Of a stretch of 64,000 nucleotides of DNA, positions 49,117-60,169 are shown piece by piece. The stretch spans positions 447,160-511,159 of the forward strand of contig OZ242367.1 in NCBI GenBank assembly GCA_965209015.1, written 5' to 3'. The stretch's first letter is position 1. Every line of letters starts with the position of its first letter. The position numbers and the translations under genes are program-made. The stretch comes from Rhodothermales bacterium (GTDB lineage: Bacteria; Bacteroidota; Rhodothermia; Rhodothermales; Bin80). The notes beneath the pieces are model-generated. The model searched no databases, was not told where the DNA came from, and saw nothing but the letters and a program-made list of their open reading frames with translations.

Positions 49117-49824
49117 CTATTCCGGCCGCTTGGCCAAGGTGTAGGTTGTCAACAAAAAGGCAAACCCGGTAATTGAAACATAGTACAGAATATCCCGGGT
49201 ATCAATCACGCCGCGCATAAGGTTCTGGAAATGATAATCAGCCCCCAAATACTGTAGGATAATTCCAACCTGACCAGGTACAAAATCTGTGATCTTGTCA
49301 AGAAGGAATAAGAGGAATATGATGGCAAAACCAAGGATGAATGCGACAATTTGATTCCGGGTTAGGCTGCTGGCCCAGATCCCGATCGCACCATAGCTGA
49401 CTCCCAGAAGGAAAAGTCCGAGATAGCCACCAATGGTTCCCCCTAAATCTAAATCTCCGAGGATTGCTAGGGTAATCGCGTAGACAAAAGTGAGCGCAAT
49501 TGCGAGCAATAAAAGAAGAGCTACAGATAAGAGTTTTCCCAAAATGACCTGCCAGTCACGTACCGGCAGAGTCAGAAGCAATTCCAGTGTTCCTGCACGA
49601 CGCTCTTCCGCAAAGGAAGACATGGTCAGTGCCGGCATAAAGAACAGGAAGATGAACGGTGCAATAGAGAACATAGAACGAAGCGTTGCCACGTTCTGCA
49701 AAAAGAGCGCATTCCCGAAAAACCATCCGGTAATTGCTAGAAATACGCACAAGACTACGTAAGCTGCTGGCCCATCAAAATAAGCCCTCAACTCACGTTT
49801 CGTTAGCGTCCAGGTTTGATGCAT
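49117..49824 (-). CDS. ABC-2 type transporter permease (GldF-like)
   Basis: 235-aa polytopic membrane protein between the ATPase and the GldG-like gene. Confidence 0.75.
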   Translation of the reverse strand: MHQTWTLTKRELRAYFDGPAAYVVLCVFLAITGWFFGNALFLQNVATLRSMFSIAPFIFLFFMPALTMSSFAEERRAGTLELLLTLPVRDWQVILGKLLSVALLLLLAIALTFVYAITLAILGDLDLGGTIGGYLGLFLLGVSYGAIGIWASSLTRNQIVAFILGFAIIFLLFLLDKITDFVPGQVGIILQYLGADYHFQNLMRGVIDTRDILYYVSITGFAFLLTTYTLAKRPE

Positions 49825-49865
49825 AATGGTGTTAAATCGTCGTACATGAAGATCAGCGAAGAGCG

Positions 49866-50792
49866 TCAGTTTTTGCTTGTCAACTGCCGGAAGACATCCT
49901 CTAAGTTTTCGGTCGTGCGATGCAACCCGGTAAGGGTCCAGTTCTGATCCACAGCCAGCCGGAAGAGATCCGCCCGAATATCACTCGGGGAACTGAGCAT
50001 AAAATAAGTCTCTCCATTTTCGTCTACACCATGCTCGACAACTTCGGCAGCTTCCCATGAACCAAGAACGGCAGCAACATCTTCCTCGCTATCCGTGAGC
50101 GTAATGGATACCCGCTCACCTCCTGAGAGACTAGACCGGAGTTCATCAGGGGTACCATCCGCAACCAGTACACCATGATCAATGATGATCACGCGGTCAC
50201 AGGAAGCCTGTACCTCAGAGAGAATATGTGTTGAGAGCACGACTGTTCGTTCCTTCCCGATCGTTCGAATCAGTTCACGGATTTCTACGATCTGGTTCGG
50301 ATCTAAGCCACTGGTCGGCTCATCCAGAATCAGAATCGGGGGGTTATGGATCATCGCCTGCGCAAGCCCTACTCGTTGTCGGTAGCCCTTGGATAGGGCA
50401 TCCACACGTTTGGAGAGGACCTCCCCGAGGCCGCAGGCGCTGGTCATAGACCGAATACGTTCAGCGCGCTGCTCGGTGGGGATCCCACGCATCGCCGCGA
50501 CAAACTCCAAATAATCGTACGTAATCATGTCAGAGTACAGCGGAGTACTCTCGGGTAGGTACCCAATCCGTTCCCGTACCGGGAGTGCATCCTCTCGGAT
50601 ATCAAGCCCATCCACCATGACCGTCCCCTCATTAGGAGGGAGGTAGCCGGTCATGACCTTCATGGTGGTGGATTTTCCAGCTCCATTCGGTCCCAAGAAT
50701 CCAACGACTTCTCCCTGATTGATCTGAAAGGAGATGGAGCGTACAGCCTCAACAGGTCCGTAGGATTTACTAAGATTTTGAACCTCAATCAT
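49866..50792 (-). CDS. ABC transporter ATP-binding protein (GldA-like)
   Basis: Walker A 'GPNGAGKST', signature 'LSKGYRQRV' and Walker B 'ILILDEP'. Confidence 0.9.
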   Translation of the reverse strand: MIEVQNLSKSYGPVEAVRSISFQINQGEVVGFLGPNGAGKSTTMKVMTGYLPPNEGTVMVDGLDIREDALPVRERIGYLPESTPLYSDMITYDYLEFVAAMRGIPTEQRAERIRSMTSACGLGEVLSKRVDALSKGYRQRVGLAQAMIHNPPILILDEPTSGLDPNQIVEIRELIRTIGKERTVVLSTHILSEVQASCDRVIIIDHGVLVADGTPDELRSSLSGGERVSITLTDSEEDVAAVLGSWEAAEVVEHGVDENGETYFMLSSPSDIRADLFRLAVDQNWTLTGLHRTTENLEDVFRQLTSKN

Positions 50793-50928
50793 GGTCTGAT
50801 TTTGAATTAATTAAGCTTCTACGCTTCGTTGCAACTGACGTGCCAGAAAAATGAACTTTAACGAACGATGAGCCTACTCGTTTTCGTATGTCGCTCAGTC
50901 AGATAGATATCCCGATCATGACAAGTCG

Positions 50929-52194
50929 CTAAGAGTTGGTGTTTAGGTTATCAACTAGTGCCTGACCAAACTGGCTACAACTTAGGAGGGTGGCTCCCTC
51001 CATCAATCGGTGAAAATCGTACGTGACCCGCTTTTGTTCAATCGTCCTTTCAACTGCATGAATTATAGCGTCTGCTGCTTCTTTCCAGCCCAGATGACGA
51101 AGCATCATTTCGCCAGAGAGGAGGACAGAGCTGGGGTTAACCTTATCTAATCCTGCATACTTGGGGGCCGTCCCATGGGTGGCCTCAAACAGAGCAAGGC
51201 CGGTATCATAGTTAATGTTTGCACCTGGCGCAATCCCAATTCCTCCCACTTGCGCCGCGAGTGCATCGGAGATGTAATCGCCGTTCAGGTTCATGGTTGC
51301 AATGACGCTGTACTCCTTGGGACGGGTAAGAATTTGTTGAAGGAAAGCATCGGCAATGACATCCTTGATGATGAGTGCATGTCCATCCCGGTGTAGCACA
51401 TGCCATGGACCGTCATCAAGTGGCACTGCGCCAAACTGATCTGCGGCGATCTGGTATCCCCAATCACGAAATCCTCCTTCAGTAAACTTCATGATATTCC
51501 CTTTGTGAACCAGCGTGACGCTGGGTTTACGCTCGGTGATTGCATACTCAATGGCAGCCCGTACGATGCGCTCGGTACCCTTCTCCGAGATCGGCTTAAT
51601 ACCGATTCCACTGCTTTCGGGAAAGCGAATCTTTGAAAAATGATCTGGGAAGGTTTTCCGAAATAAATCCTGAAACCGCTGATTCTCCTCGGTCCCTTTC
51701 TCAAATTCAATTCCAGCGTAGATATCTTCGGAATTTTCGCGAAAAATCGTCATATCAATGAGTTCTGGGTTCCGAACCGGCGAAGGGACACCAGAAAAAT
51801 AGCGGGTGGGGCGGACACAAGCGTAGAGGTCAAGCTTCTGACGCAAGGCAACATTCAGGCTCCGAATTCCACCACCTATGGGTGTCGTTAAGGGGCCTTT
51901 AATCGCGACACGATAGTCCTTGATCGCCCGGAGGGTGTCCTCAGGGAGCCAATCGTTGAACTTGCGCTGCGCTTTATCTCCTGCATATATTTCAAACCAG
52001 TGAATCGAACGCCGATTCCCATAGGCGTGCTGTACGGCGCTATCAAGTACGTGTCGGGCAGCAGCCCAGATGTCAGGTCCAATTCCATCGCCCTCAATGA
52101 AAGGAATGATTGGGTGATGGGGGATTTGAAGGTTTCCATCAGAGAGTTGGATCACCTCTCCAGATTCAGGAGAAGCCAAATGCAAATAGGACAT
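50929..52194 (-). CDS. icd: NADP-dependent isocitrate dehydrogenase
   Basis: '[14 protein letters not shown]', '[23 protein letters not shown]' and '[10 protein letters not shown]'. Confidence 0.95.
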   Translation of the reverse strand: MSYLHLASPESGEVIQLSDGNLQIPHHPIIPFIEGDGIGPDIWAAARHVLDSAVQHAYGNRRSIHWFEIYAGDKAQRKFNDWLPEDTLRAIKDYRVAIKGPLTTPIGGGIRSLNVALRQKLDLYACVRPTRYFSGVPSPVRNPELIDMTIFRENSEDIYAGIEFEKGTEENQRFQDLFRKTFPDHFSKIRFPESSGIGIKPISEKGTERIVRAAIEYAITERKPSVTLVHKGNIMKFTEGGFRDWGYQIAADQFGAVPLDDGPWHVLHRDGHALIIKDVIADAFLQQILTRPKEYSVIATMNLNGDYISDALAAQVGGIGIAPGANINYDTGLALFEATHGTAPKYAGLDKVNPSSVLLSGEMMLRHLGWKEAADAIIHAVERTIEQKRVTYDFHRLMEGATLLSCSQFGQALVDNLNTNS

Positions 52195-52229
52195 GATTCG
52201 TTGAACAGATTAAAATGAATGAATAGTAG

Positions 52230-52955
52230 TTAGAGTTTTCCGAAAAGGGATCGGATCCGTAGTTCCCAGACCTTGAATGCAGCCTCGCGTACAATCGCGG
52301 GGCTCATTTTACTTTGGCCTTCGGTTCGCTCGGTAAATGTGATTGGAATTTCGAATAAGCGGAATCCCTTCTTCCAAGCTCGATACTTCATCTCCACCTG
52401 GAATGAATAGCCGTTACTACGGATCGCATCTAGGTTCACAGTTTGGAGGACGCGGCGATGATAGGCGACAAAGCCCGCGGTGACATCGTACACAGGCAAT
52501 CGGGTGACCAGTCGCGTATATAACCCTGCTCCATAACTAAGTATAAGTCGGCCAAGTGGCCAGTCAACAACCCGGACCCCATTCAAGTACCTTGAACCGA
52601 TTGCCAGATCACATTGGTCGGTACGAATAGCTTCAATGAGGCTGGGCAGGTCGTCAGGATTATGAGAAAGGTCAGCATCCATTTCACAAATGATCTCGTA
52701 TCCATGTTCAAGGGCATAAGCAAATCCTGTGAGATATGCGGTTCCAAGTCCCAGCTTTCCCGAACGCTCCAAGAGTTTGATCCGTCCAGAGTGATTCAGC
52801 TGCGTGTGGCGCACAATATCACTCGTACCATCCGGCGAACCATCATCCACCACCAGAACATCCAAATTGATGGGCTGCTCCATTACTCGGCTGAGGGCTA
52901 AAGCGATGTTCTTTGCTTCATTGTAGGTCGGAATAATCACGAGAGGATGATGCAT
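52230..52955 (-). CDS. GT2 polyprenol/dolichol-phosphate mannosyltransferase
   Basis: 'VIIPTYNEAKNI', 'VVDDGSPDGT' and 'MDADLSHNP'. Confidence 0.8.
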   Translation of the reverse strand: MHHPLVIIPTYNEAKNIALALSRVMEQPINLDVLVVDDGSPDGTSDIVRHTQLNHSGRIKLLERSGKLGLGTAYLTGFAYALEHGYEIICEMDADLSHNPDDLPSLIEAIRTDQCDLAIGSRYLNGVRVVDWPLGRLILSYGAGLYTRLVTRLPVYDVTAGFVAYHRRVLQTVNLDAIRSNGYSFQVEMKYRAWKKGFRLFEIPITFTERTEGQSKMSPAIVREAAFKVWELRIRSLFGKL

Positions 52956-53066
52956 CGGACTTTAATACAGATACAAACGGGTTCGCGGGATCCCTTGTAT
53001 CTCGTAAGGGTACACATAGATTATATTCAAAAACACACGCGTAAGTATTTGACTTATCCAAGCGAT

Positions 53067-54173
53067 ATGGCATTGAAGACAAAACGCTCTGTATCGGAGA
53101 ACGGTCAACCGGAAGTTTCTTACGATACAATTGAAACAAAGCTGATTTTCCGGAACTATCCGGGAGACCGATTTACTCATTCAGATCTCGGACTGAGCGT
53201 GAAGGATGTTGGTGATATCTATCGGAACATGCTTCTGCAACGACGCTTTGAGGAGCGATCAGCACAGATGTACGGAAGACAGAAAATTGGTGGTTTTTTG
53301 CACTTATATATCGGTCAAGAAGCCATCTCTACGGGATCAGTTTACGCTCTGAAACCTGGGCATGATTCTGTAATTACGGCCTATCGTGACCATGGTATTG
53401 CACTCGCATTAGGAATGTCATCTAACGAATGTATGGCTGAACTGTTTGGGCGCGTAGATGGTTGTTCAAAGGGGAAGGGAGGTTCTATGCATTTCTTCAG
53501 TAAGGAGAAGAGGATGTTTGGGGGACATGGGATTGTAGGAGCTCATATCCCTCTGGCGGCCGGAATTGCATTTGCACACCGGTACAGGAATGATGGAGGG
53601 GTGTGTGTCTGTTATTTGGGTGATGGGGCAGTCTGGCAGGGGTCCTTCCATGAAGCGCTAAATCTGGCATCACTCTATAAGCTACCAGTTATTTATGTGG
53701 TAGAGAATAACCAGTATGCCATGGGAACTGCGGTGGATCGCGCCGCTGCTGAGACAGATCTATTCAAACAGGGAGTATCGTACGCGATGGCAGGATCTTT
53801 GGTAGATGGTATGGATGTCTTCAGTGTCTGTCAGGCCATGCGTGATCATGCAGCACTCGCTCGTGAGGGACAGCCATCCCTGATGGAAGTTCGGACCTAT
53901 CGCTACAGAGGACACTCCATGAGTGATCCAGGGAAGTACCGGACTAAAGAAGAGTTGGAAGCGAAAAAGAATGAGGACCCCATTCTCCGTCTGAAGAGTT
54001 ATGTAATTCAGAATAAGCTGATGACCAACGAGGAGATGGATGTTTTAGATGTAGAGGTGAAAGCAGAGGTTGCGGCCTCTGTATCATTTGCAGATGAGAG
54101 TCCATTCCCCCCGTTGGAAGCAATCTACGATGACGTCTATACACAGAAAGATTTTCCTTTCCTGAAAATTTAA
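53067..54173 (+). CDS. pdhA: Pyruvate dehydrogenase E1 alpha subunit
   Basis: 'GFLHLYIGQEA', the TPP motif 'GDGAVWQGSFHEALNLA' and 'YRYRGHSMSDP'. The start was moved to the ATG at 53067 to avoid overlap with the divergent GT2 gene. Confidence 0.9.
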   Translation: MALKTKRSVSENGQPEVSYDTIETKLIFRNYPGDRFTHSDLGLSVKDVGDIYRNMLLQRRFEERSAQMYGRQKIGGFLHLYIGQEAISTGSVYALKPGHDSVITAYRDHGIALALGMSSNECMAELFGRVDGCSKGKGGSMHFFSKEKRMFGGHGIVGAHIPLAAGIAFAHRYRNDGGVCVCYLGDGAVWQGSFHEALNLASLYKLPVIYVVENNQYAMGTAVDRAAAETDLFKQGVSYAMAGSLVDGMDVFSVCQAMRDHAALAREGQPSLMEVRTYRYRGHSMSDPGKYRTKEELEAKKNEDPILRLKSYVIQNKLMTNEEMDVLDVEVKAEVAASVSFADESPFPPLEAIYDDVYTQKDFPFLKI

Positions 54174-54174
54174 C

Positions 54175-55158
54175 ATGGCAGAATTGCAACTTCGAGAGGC
54201 CATTCGCGCTGCGATGATTGAAGAGATGGACCGGGATGAGGATATTTTCCTCATGGGCGAGGAGGTCGCTGAATACAACGGTGCATACAAGGTTAGCGAG
54301 GGAATGCGTGATCGCTATGGAGATCGGCGCGTGATTGATACTCCAATCAGTGAGAACGGCTTTGCAGGTCTTGGCCTCGGAGCAGCTATGGATGGCCTCC
54401 GGCCAATCATAGAATTTATGACTTGGAACTTCGCGTTCGTAGCTATTGATCAGATCATCAATAATGCTGCAAAGATTCGATACATGTCTGGAGGACAGTT
54501 CTCATTTCCAATCGTCTTTCGTGGACCGAATGGTGCTGCTGGACAGTTGGCGGCAACACACAATACAACTGTGGAAGCTCTCTATAGCTGTTTTCCAGGA
54601 CTAAAAGTGATCTCTATTTCAAATCCAGATGATGCCAAGGGGCTTCTGAAATCCGCCATTCGGGATGATGACCCTGTTGTCTTTTTAGAGAGTGAATTCA
54701 TGTACGGGATGCGTGGAGAGGTGTCCGATGCAGACGATTACACGATTCCGATTGGGAAGGCTCGGATTGCTCGTGAAGGGGATGCCGTGACGATCATTGG
54801 ATACAACAAGAGTTACTGGCGTGCAATGGAAGCTGCCGAGATGCTCGAAGCGGATGGATATGCAGCAGAGGTCATTGATCCGCGAACCATCCGCCCATTT
54901 GACTGGGACACCGTGATTGCATCGATCAAGAAAACAAATCGGTGTGTGGTGGTTGACGAGAGTAATCCATTTGCTAGTGTTGCCTCTGAGGTTGCTTTTC
55001 AGATCCAGGCTCGCGCATTTGATGATCTAGATGCGCCCGTGCATCGTATCACGGCTAAAGATACTCCTGCTCCTTATGCCAAAAACTTGATTGAATACTA
55101 CATGCCAAGCGCAGAGGATGTATACCATGCCTGTCGCGAGGTCATGTATCTCAACTAA
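54175..55158 (+). CDS. pdhB: Pyruvate dehydrogenase E1 beta subunit
   Basis: 'REAIRAAMIEEMDRDEDIFLMGEEVAEYNGAYKVS' and 'DTPISENGFAGLG'. Confidence 0.95.
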   Translation: MAELQLREAIRAAMIEEMDRDEDIFLMGEEVAEYNGAYKVSEGMRDRYGDRRVIDTPISENGFAGLGLGAAMDGLRPIIEFMTWNFAFVAIDQIINNAAKIRYMSGGQFSFPIVFRGPNGAAGQLAATHNTTVEALYSCFPGLKVISISNPDDAKGLLKSAIRDDDPVVFLESEFMYGMRGEVSDADDYTIPIGKARIAREGDAVTIIGYNKSYWRAMEAAEMLEADGYAAEVIDPRTIRPFDWDTVIASIKKTNRCVVVDESNPFASVASEVAFQIQARAFDDLDAPVHRITAKDTPAPYAKNLIEYYMPSAEDVYHACREVMYLN

Positions 55159-55183
55159 ATTCTCCACACTATTTGACTGCCCC

Positions 55184-56452
55184 ATGCCGATCGCAATAGA
55201 AATGCCAAAAATGACGGACACGATGGAAGAAGGTGTCTTGGTAGAATGGTCCGTCAATGAAGGAGATTCAATCGCCGCCGGAGATGTAATTGCCCAAGTT
55301 GAGACGGACAAGGCCACCATGGATGTGGAAGCCTATGATGATGGGGTTCTCCTCAAAAAAATTGCTAATGCTGGTGATGCGTTGCCCATTGGAGGCTTGA
55401 TTGCCATCCTCGGAAACGCAGGTGAGGATTTTTCAGAACTGCTCTCTGAGCATGAGGCCAATGGTGCGGTATCAACTCTATCCACCGAAATTTCAACAGA
55501 TCCCCTACCCGCTGAAGAACCGCAAGTTGTTGAGACTGCTTCCTTGCCGGATCCAACCTTGCCAACGAATGGCAGGACTATTGCCTCCCCGCTTGCTAGG
55601 CGGATGGCCACCGATCATGGTCTCCAATTGGTCAATCTCGTGGGTTCTGGTCCTGGGGGGCGCATAATTAAGCGGGATGTTCAGGCCGAGATTGCACGAA
55701 CTCCCGGAGTGGGTTCTATCCTTCTTCCTCCATCCGCTCAGGTATCACCAGAACGGGGTTTTGAGAGCTTACGAATCTCACAGATGCGGAAAGCAATTGC
55801 CCGTAGGCTGGCGCAGAGTAAGTATCAGGCCCCCCACTTTTATTTGAATATAGATGTGGATGTGGAAGACTTAATTGCACAGCGCGCGATGGTGAATGCG
55901 TACCTCGAAAAATCTGGTGGCCCGAAGGTCTCATTCAATGATTTTGTAACCAAAGCCTGTGCCAGTTCTTTAATTCAGCATCCCGATGCAAATGTGACCT
56001 ATGCAGCTGAAGAGGGGGTGATTCGGAGGTATAATTATGTTGATGTTGGGATTGCAGTGGCGATTGATGATGGGTTGGTGACTCCGGTTGTGCGGGATGT
56101 CGACCATAAGAGTGTCTCAGTGATTGCCCAAGAGACTCAATCGCTAGCGGTGCGTGCCCGCGAAAAACAACTCAGTCCCGAAGAAATGGAGGGATCAACA
56201 TTTACAACTAGTAACTTAGGGATGTTTGGAATTGAGTCATTCACGGCAATCATCAACCCCCCGAATGCCTGCATTCTTGCCGTTGGTACAATTCGCGATC
56301 TACCGGTTGTAAAAAATGGTGAGGTCGTTGCTGGGAAGCGAATGAAACTCACACTCTCGTGTGATCATCGGGCAGTTGATGGGGCCGTGGGAGCAAGATT
56401 TATGGCTACATTGAAGGAGTTACTGGAACACCCTGTAAGCCTCCTCTTGTAG
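55184..56452 (+). CDS. Dihydrolipoamide acetyltransferase (PDH E2)
   Basis: Lipoyl domain 'VETDKATMDVEA', a peripheral subunit-binding domain 'ASPLARRMA', and catalytic 'LSCDHRAVDGA'. The start was set at 'MPIAIEMPKM'. Confidence 0.9.
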   Translation: MPIAIEMPKMTDTMEEGVLVEWSVNEGDSIAAGDVIAQVETDKATMDVEAYDDGVLLKKIANAGDALPIGGLIAILGNAGEDFSELLSEHEANGAVSTLSTEISTDPLPAEEPQVVETASLPDPTLPTNGRTIASPLARRMATDHGLQLVNLVGSGPGGRIIKRDVQAEIARTPGVGSILLPPSAQVSPERGFESLRISQMRKAIARRLAQSKYQAPHFYLNIDVDVEDLIAQRAMVNAYLEKSGGPKVSFNDFVTKACASSLIQHPDANVTYAAEEGVIRRYNYVDVGIAVAIDDGLVTPVVRDVDHKSVSVIAQETQSLAVRAREKQLSPEEMEGSTFTTSNLGMFGIESFTAIINPPNACILAVGTIRDLPVVKNGEVVAGKRMKLTLSCDHRAVDGAVGARFMATLKELLEHPVSLLL

Positions 56453-56547
56453 TGGTGAGGTTCGCCTTCAAATCGGTTGATGGTGAGACCACGGCTCTTG
56501 ACGAACCGGGTCATGGTATTTCGGTTTTCTCGTGAAAAGTCCATCTA

Positions 56548-57372
56548 TTGATGCGGATTGCACATGTGAGCGATCCTCATTTTGGTCGGATTGTATCTGC
56601 TCATGTACAGGATGATCTAAGTGATAGCATTCGCGTGCATGATTGCGATGCGGTACTTGTTACAGGGGATCTGACGCAACGAGCAAGGAGATCGGAGTTT
56701 CGTGCAGCATCGGAGTTCTTACATGCTCTTCCAGAGCCGCGATTAGTGATCCCTGGAAATCATGATGTTCATGCGTGGTGGCATCATCCAGATCTTAGAA
56801 TTTTCGATCCACTGAGGCGATATAAAAAGTGGATCTCTCATGAGCTTGAAACGGAGATCATCACGACTGGTCTGGCCGTATTGGGATTGAATACTGCACA
56901 TGGACTGACAGTCAAAGGAGGGCGTTGTACATCAGCGCAGATTGAGAGAGTTCGGAGCTTTTTTGAGAGACAACCTGCGGAGTCATTCAAAATTCTGGCG
57001 GTCCATCATCCTCTTACGTCACTTAGAATTTCCGGGTCATTAGATACTGCCCGCAATGGAGAGCAGATTCTGACAGCTGCCGCAGAGGTTGGCGTTCATG
57101 TCGTTTGTGCGGGCCACTGGCATCTTGCCCATACAGAGGTTCTCGAGATTGGGGGAGGTAGGTTGTTAATTTCTCTTGCAGGAACAGCCATATCTGATCG
57201 TTGGCGTTCTCCCCAAATGGGGATCAATTCATGGAACCTCATAGAAAAAAACTCCCAAGGAATTGATGTTAAAGTGTACACGTATGACCCAAACGAGCGT
57301 ATTTTTGAACTGTCTGAGCATACTTGCTATCTTCAAACATGTAGGACGGAACCTTCAAAGAATTGCAATTGA
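56548..57372 (+). CDS. Calcineurin-like metallophosphoesterase
   Basis: 'IAHVSDPHFG', 'VTGDLTQR', 'PGNHD' and 'GHWH'. Confidence 0.75.
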   Translation: MMRIAHVSDPHFGRIVSAHVQDDLSDSIRVHDCDAVLVTGDLTQRARRSEFRAASEFLHALPEPRLVIPGNHDVHAWWHHPDLRIFDPLRRYKKWISHELETEIITTGLAVLGLNTAHGLTVKGGRCTSAQIERVRSFFERQPAESFKILAVHHPLTSLRISGSLDTARNGEQILTAAAEVGVHVVCAGHWHLAHTEVLEIGGGRLLISLAGTAISDRWRSPQMGINSWNLIEKNSQGIDVKVYTYDPNERIFELSEHTCYLQTCRTEPSKNCN

Positions 57373-57884
57373 GGAATACAATTCCATGAGCATATTCAGG
57401 AGTCTTGCAGCCATTTAGTATCATTGCGAATGAGTATTCCATTCTGAGGCGAGCAACCCAGTTGGGATCGAGTCACTTCTTTTCATTGGGTGTAGGCAGC
57501 ACGCAGTTTAAGGATGGAACGATTAGCCCCCTGACCTTACCTGTTGTAGTTCAGTTTCTACGGATAGTGTAAACGGCTCAGTCCTATTTTATGCAGGTGG
57601 AGAGGCCTATTACCGATTAATTTTTTCAGGCTCTCCTCGTACGAGATTGATGGATGGTTACGTTTGTTCTCGTACGATTATCATACCAGTCCATTGACCG
57701 TACTTGCTTGAAGATTTTCACCACCCGATCGTATTTTCGGTGAGTTCGTATTTGATTGTCAGTTAGAAAGAGGATTGCAGAGTTGTCATGCGATTTTGGT
57801 TTCCATATCTTGCTGATAGAACATGGAACCACAGATTTCAATTTGTGTACCAGTTTCGCATAAATATATGATAGAGGCATTTTC

Positions 57885-58232
57885 ATGGATGCTAAAATCA
57901 TACTGCTCCACCTTATTGTAGCTGTCGTTAGCACCCTGTTTATTGGGATTGGTACTCTTGTTACGATTCTCTTACCACTATTTCGTAGGAATGAGCGTTC
58001 GACTGAGCGGTTGGATGCGAAACTTGATCGTTTCATTGAGCAGTCACAGTTACGCGTAGAATTGAAAGAGTTGGATGCGAAACTTGGTCGTTCGATTGAG
58101 CAGTTACGCGTAGAATTGAAAGAGTTGGATGCGAAGCTTGACCGTTCCACTGAGCAGTTACGCGCAGAATTGAAGGAGTTGGATGCGAAGCTTGACCGTT
58201 TCATTGAGCAGGATCTCCTGATTGAGACTTGA
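57885..58232 (+). CDS. Small membrane-anchored coiled-coil protein built from an 18-aa tandem repeat
   Basis: N-terminal TM 'IILLHLIVAVVSTLFIGIGTLVTILLPLF' followed by repeats 'LDAKLDR.IEQLR.ELKE'. An AGAGG lies 8 nt upstream of the ATG. Confidence 0.5.
   Translation: MDAKIILLHLIVAVVSTLFIGIGTLVTILLPLFRRNERSTERLDAKLDRFIEQSQLRVELKELDAKLGRSIEQLRVELKELDAKLDRSTEQLRAELKELDAKLDRFIEQDLLIET
58011..58211 (+). repeat. Tandem 54-bp repeat (about 3.6 units; first unit 60 bp)
   Basis: The units start at 58011, 58071, 58125 and 58179. Each begins 'ttggatgcgaa(a/g)cttg'. Confidence 0.85.
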
Positions 58233-58741
58233 AATATCGCGCATCCAATCAACTACTAAGGTGTTCTTAGATGCCTTAGGTCCCGCCAGATATCCGAACG
58301 ATAATGTCAAGCGATGCAGGTAACAATGTTTGCGAATGATCGCTGATCCTCCTTGTGGGATACTCAAGGATTACATTCTCTCGGCTTTCAGTTTGATATA
58401 TGAGCCAAGAATACTACCCCTTCATCTGATTAGCAGGATTCGTATAACTACTGGCCGCCAACCAGCCCTCAACAGGGTGTTATGATTAACATCTCCAACC
58501 TTTTCTCTTATCACCAACAATATCCCATGATGCAGCGGATATTTGGTTGTTTCCCCACTTGGTTGCCAAAGGGTGAACCGGAGACCTGATGTAGAAGCAT
58601 GGGTAGTCATAATTGAACCGCATTTCAATTTGACAGATCTCATCTCTCAATATATGATTTCATGGGTGAAGATTTTGGACTCAAATTTAATTGGATACGA
58701 ACAAGGTCAAGCACATGATTGATGAATCAGATGATTGTACG

Positions 58742-60169
58742 TTACAAATCCTCTACCCCCAGGATGAGGGCTTCACGCCGATTAGCTCCCTCGTCGTTGG
58801 TGAGTGCATCTCCCAAGTCCTTTCGCATGAGATGGATATAATTGAGCAATTGATTAACAATCTCTGGATGGGATGCGGCGAGATTGGATGATTCTCCAAC
58901 ATCTGACACTAGATTGAAAAGAGATAATCCAATTGAATCCTGCCTGTAAGCTCCCTGAAAGTTTGGTGTTGACATCTTAGCTCCATGAATACTACGATAG
59001 TGATGCGGAACGTGTAACTTCCACTGACCAGATCGAACGGCCTGGAGCTCGTATCCCTGATAAAAGAACAATGCTTCATGAGTCGAGGAACTTCCTTCAA
59101 TCACGCCCATGAGCGATCGTCCATCAAACGGGAATGGACCTTCGGATGCCCCAGTTAGAGTTGCGATTGTTGGCATAATGTCAATTGCAGAAACCATGGT
59201 ATTGGTTACACCGGGGGTGATTCTTCCGGGCCAAGACATGATCAAGGGAACACGATGGCCTCCCTCAAATGTGGTCCCTTTTCCTTCTCGCAATGGGCCA
59301 GTTCGTCCGCTTTGATCCCCTTTGATTAACCATGGACCGTTGTCAGAGGAAAAAATTATGAGGCTATTTCGGGTCAAATTGTAACGCTCAAGTGCTTCCA
59401 GAATCTGCCCGACGGACCAGTCAATTTCCAGAATCACATCGCCATACAATCCAGCACCAGACTTTCCGGCAAAATTATCTGATACAAAAAGAGGAACGTG
59501 TGGAAAGGTATGAGGGAGGTATAGAAAGAACGGGTTGTCATGATTGGACTCAATGAATGCAGTTGCCCGCTCTGTATAGCGCCGAGTTAATTGGGATTGA
59601 TCCGGTTCCCGCTCAATTGTTTGATACCCTTCAATGAGTGGGATCGGTGGATGACGGCGTGCATACGGATTAGGATTCTTTCTTTCATCTGGAGTCATGT
59701 CATTGGAATACGGAATTCCAAAGTACTCGTCAAACCCGTGGCTCAGAGGAAGATGTAGAGAATCATGACCCAGATGCCACTTTCCAAAGATAGCGGTAGC
59801 GTATCCTAGCTCTTTGAGCATTTCTGCTATAGTTCGTTCATTAGGATGAAGCCCCCGCCTTGATTGAGGCATTAAAGCCCAGGGAATATCCACACGCACT
59901 GGATACATTCCAGTTAAAAAAGCAGCTCTGGAGGGGGAACAGGCAGCCGACGCTGTATAGAAATCTGTAAAACGAAGCCCTCTGGAAGCTAGGGTATCAA
60001 GGTGCGGGGTAGATAAGTCATCTGATCCGTAACTGCCAAGGTCAACCCATCCTTGATCATCTGTTACGATTAAAATCACATTCGGCGGGACTTCAGGATC
60101 AGATCCGCAACCAGTGATCAGAAGTAATACAATGATCAGAATGTTTGCACATAACGGAGGATGATACAT
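58742..60169 (-). CDS. Arylsulfatase (formylglycine-dependent sulfatase family)
   Basis: 'VILIVTDDQGW', the FGly motif 'CSPSRAAFLTG' and a lipoprotein-like signal 'LLLITGC'. Confidence 0.9.
   Translation of the reverse strand: MYHPPLCANILIIVLLLITGCGSDPEVPPNVILIVTDDQGWVDLGSYGSDDLSTPHLDTLASRGLRFTDFYTASAACSPSRAAFLTGMYPVRVDIPWALMPQSRRGLHPNERTIAEMLKELGYATAIFGKWHLGHDSLHLPLSHGFDEYFGIPYSNDMTPDERKNPNPYARRHPPIPLIEGYQTIEREPDQSQLTRRYTERATAFIESNHDNPFFLYLPHTFPHVPLFVSDNFAGKSGAGLYGDVILEIDWSVGQILEALERYNLTRNSLIIFSSDNGPWLIKGDQSGRTGPLREGKGTTFEGGHRVPLIMSWPGRITPGVTNTMVSAIDIMPTIATLTGASEGPFPFDGRSLMGVIEGSSSTHEALFFYQGYELQAVRSGQWKLHVPHHYRSIHGAKMSTPNFQGAYRQDSIGLSLFNLVSDVGESSNLAASHPEIVNQLLNYIHLMRKDLGDALTNDEGANRREALILGVEDL

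Noticed and set aside
52947-53066. Upstream extension of pdhA, and likewise 55091-55183 for the E2 gene.
   Set aside because: The extensions overlap the neighbouring genes and lack homology to E1-alpha or E2 N-termini. Internal ATGs give canonical starts.
57626-58252. 208-aa minus-strand ORF ('...RSSFASNSFNSARNCS...').
   Set aside because: It is the mirror image of the 54-bp repeat. It has no signal peptide, TM helix or motif, and the opposite strand gives a coherent TM plus coiled-coil protein with an RBS.
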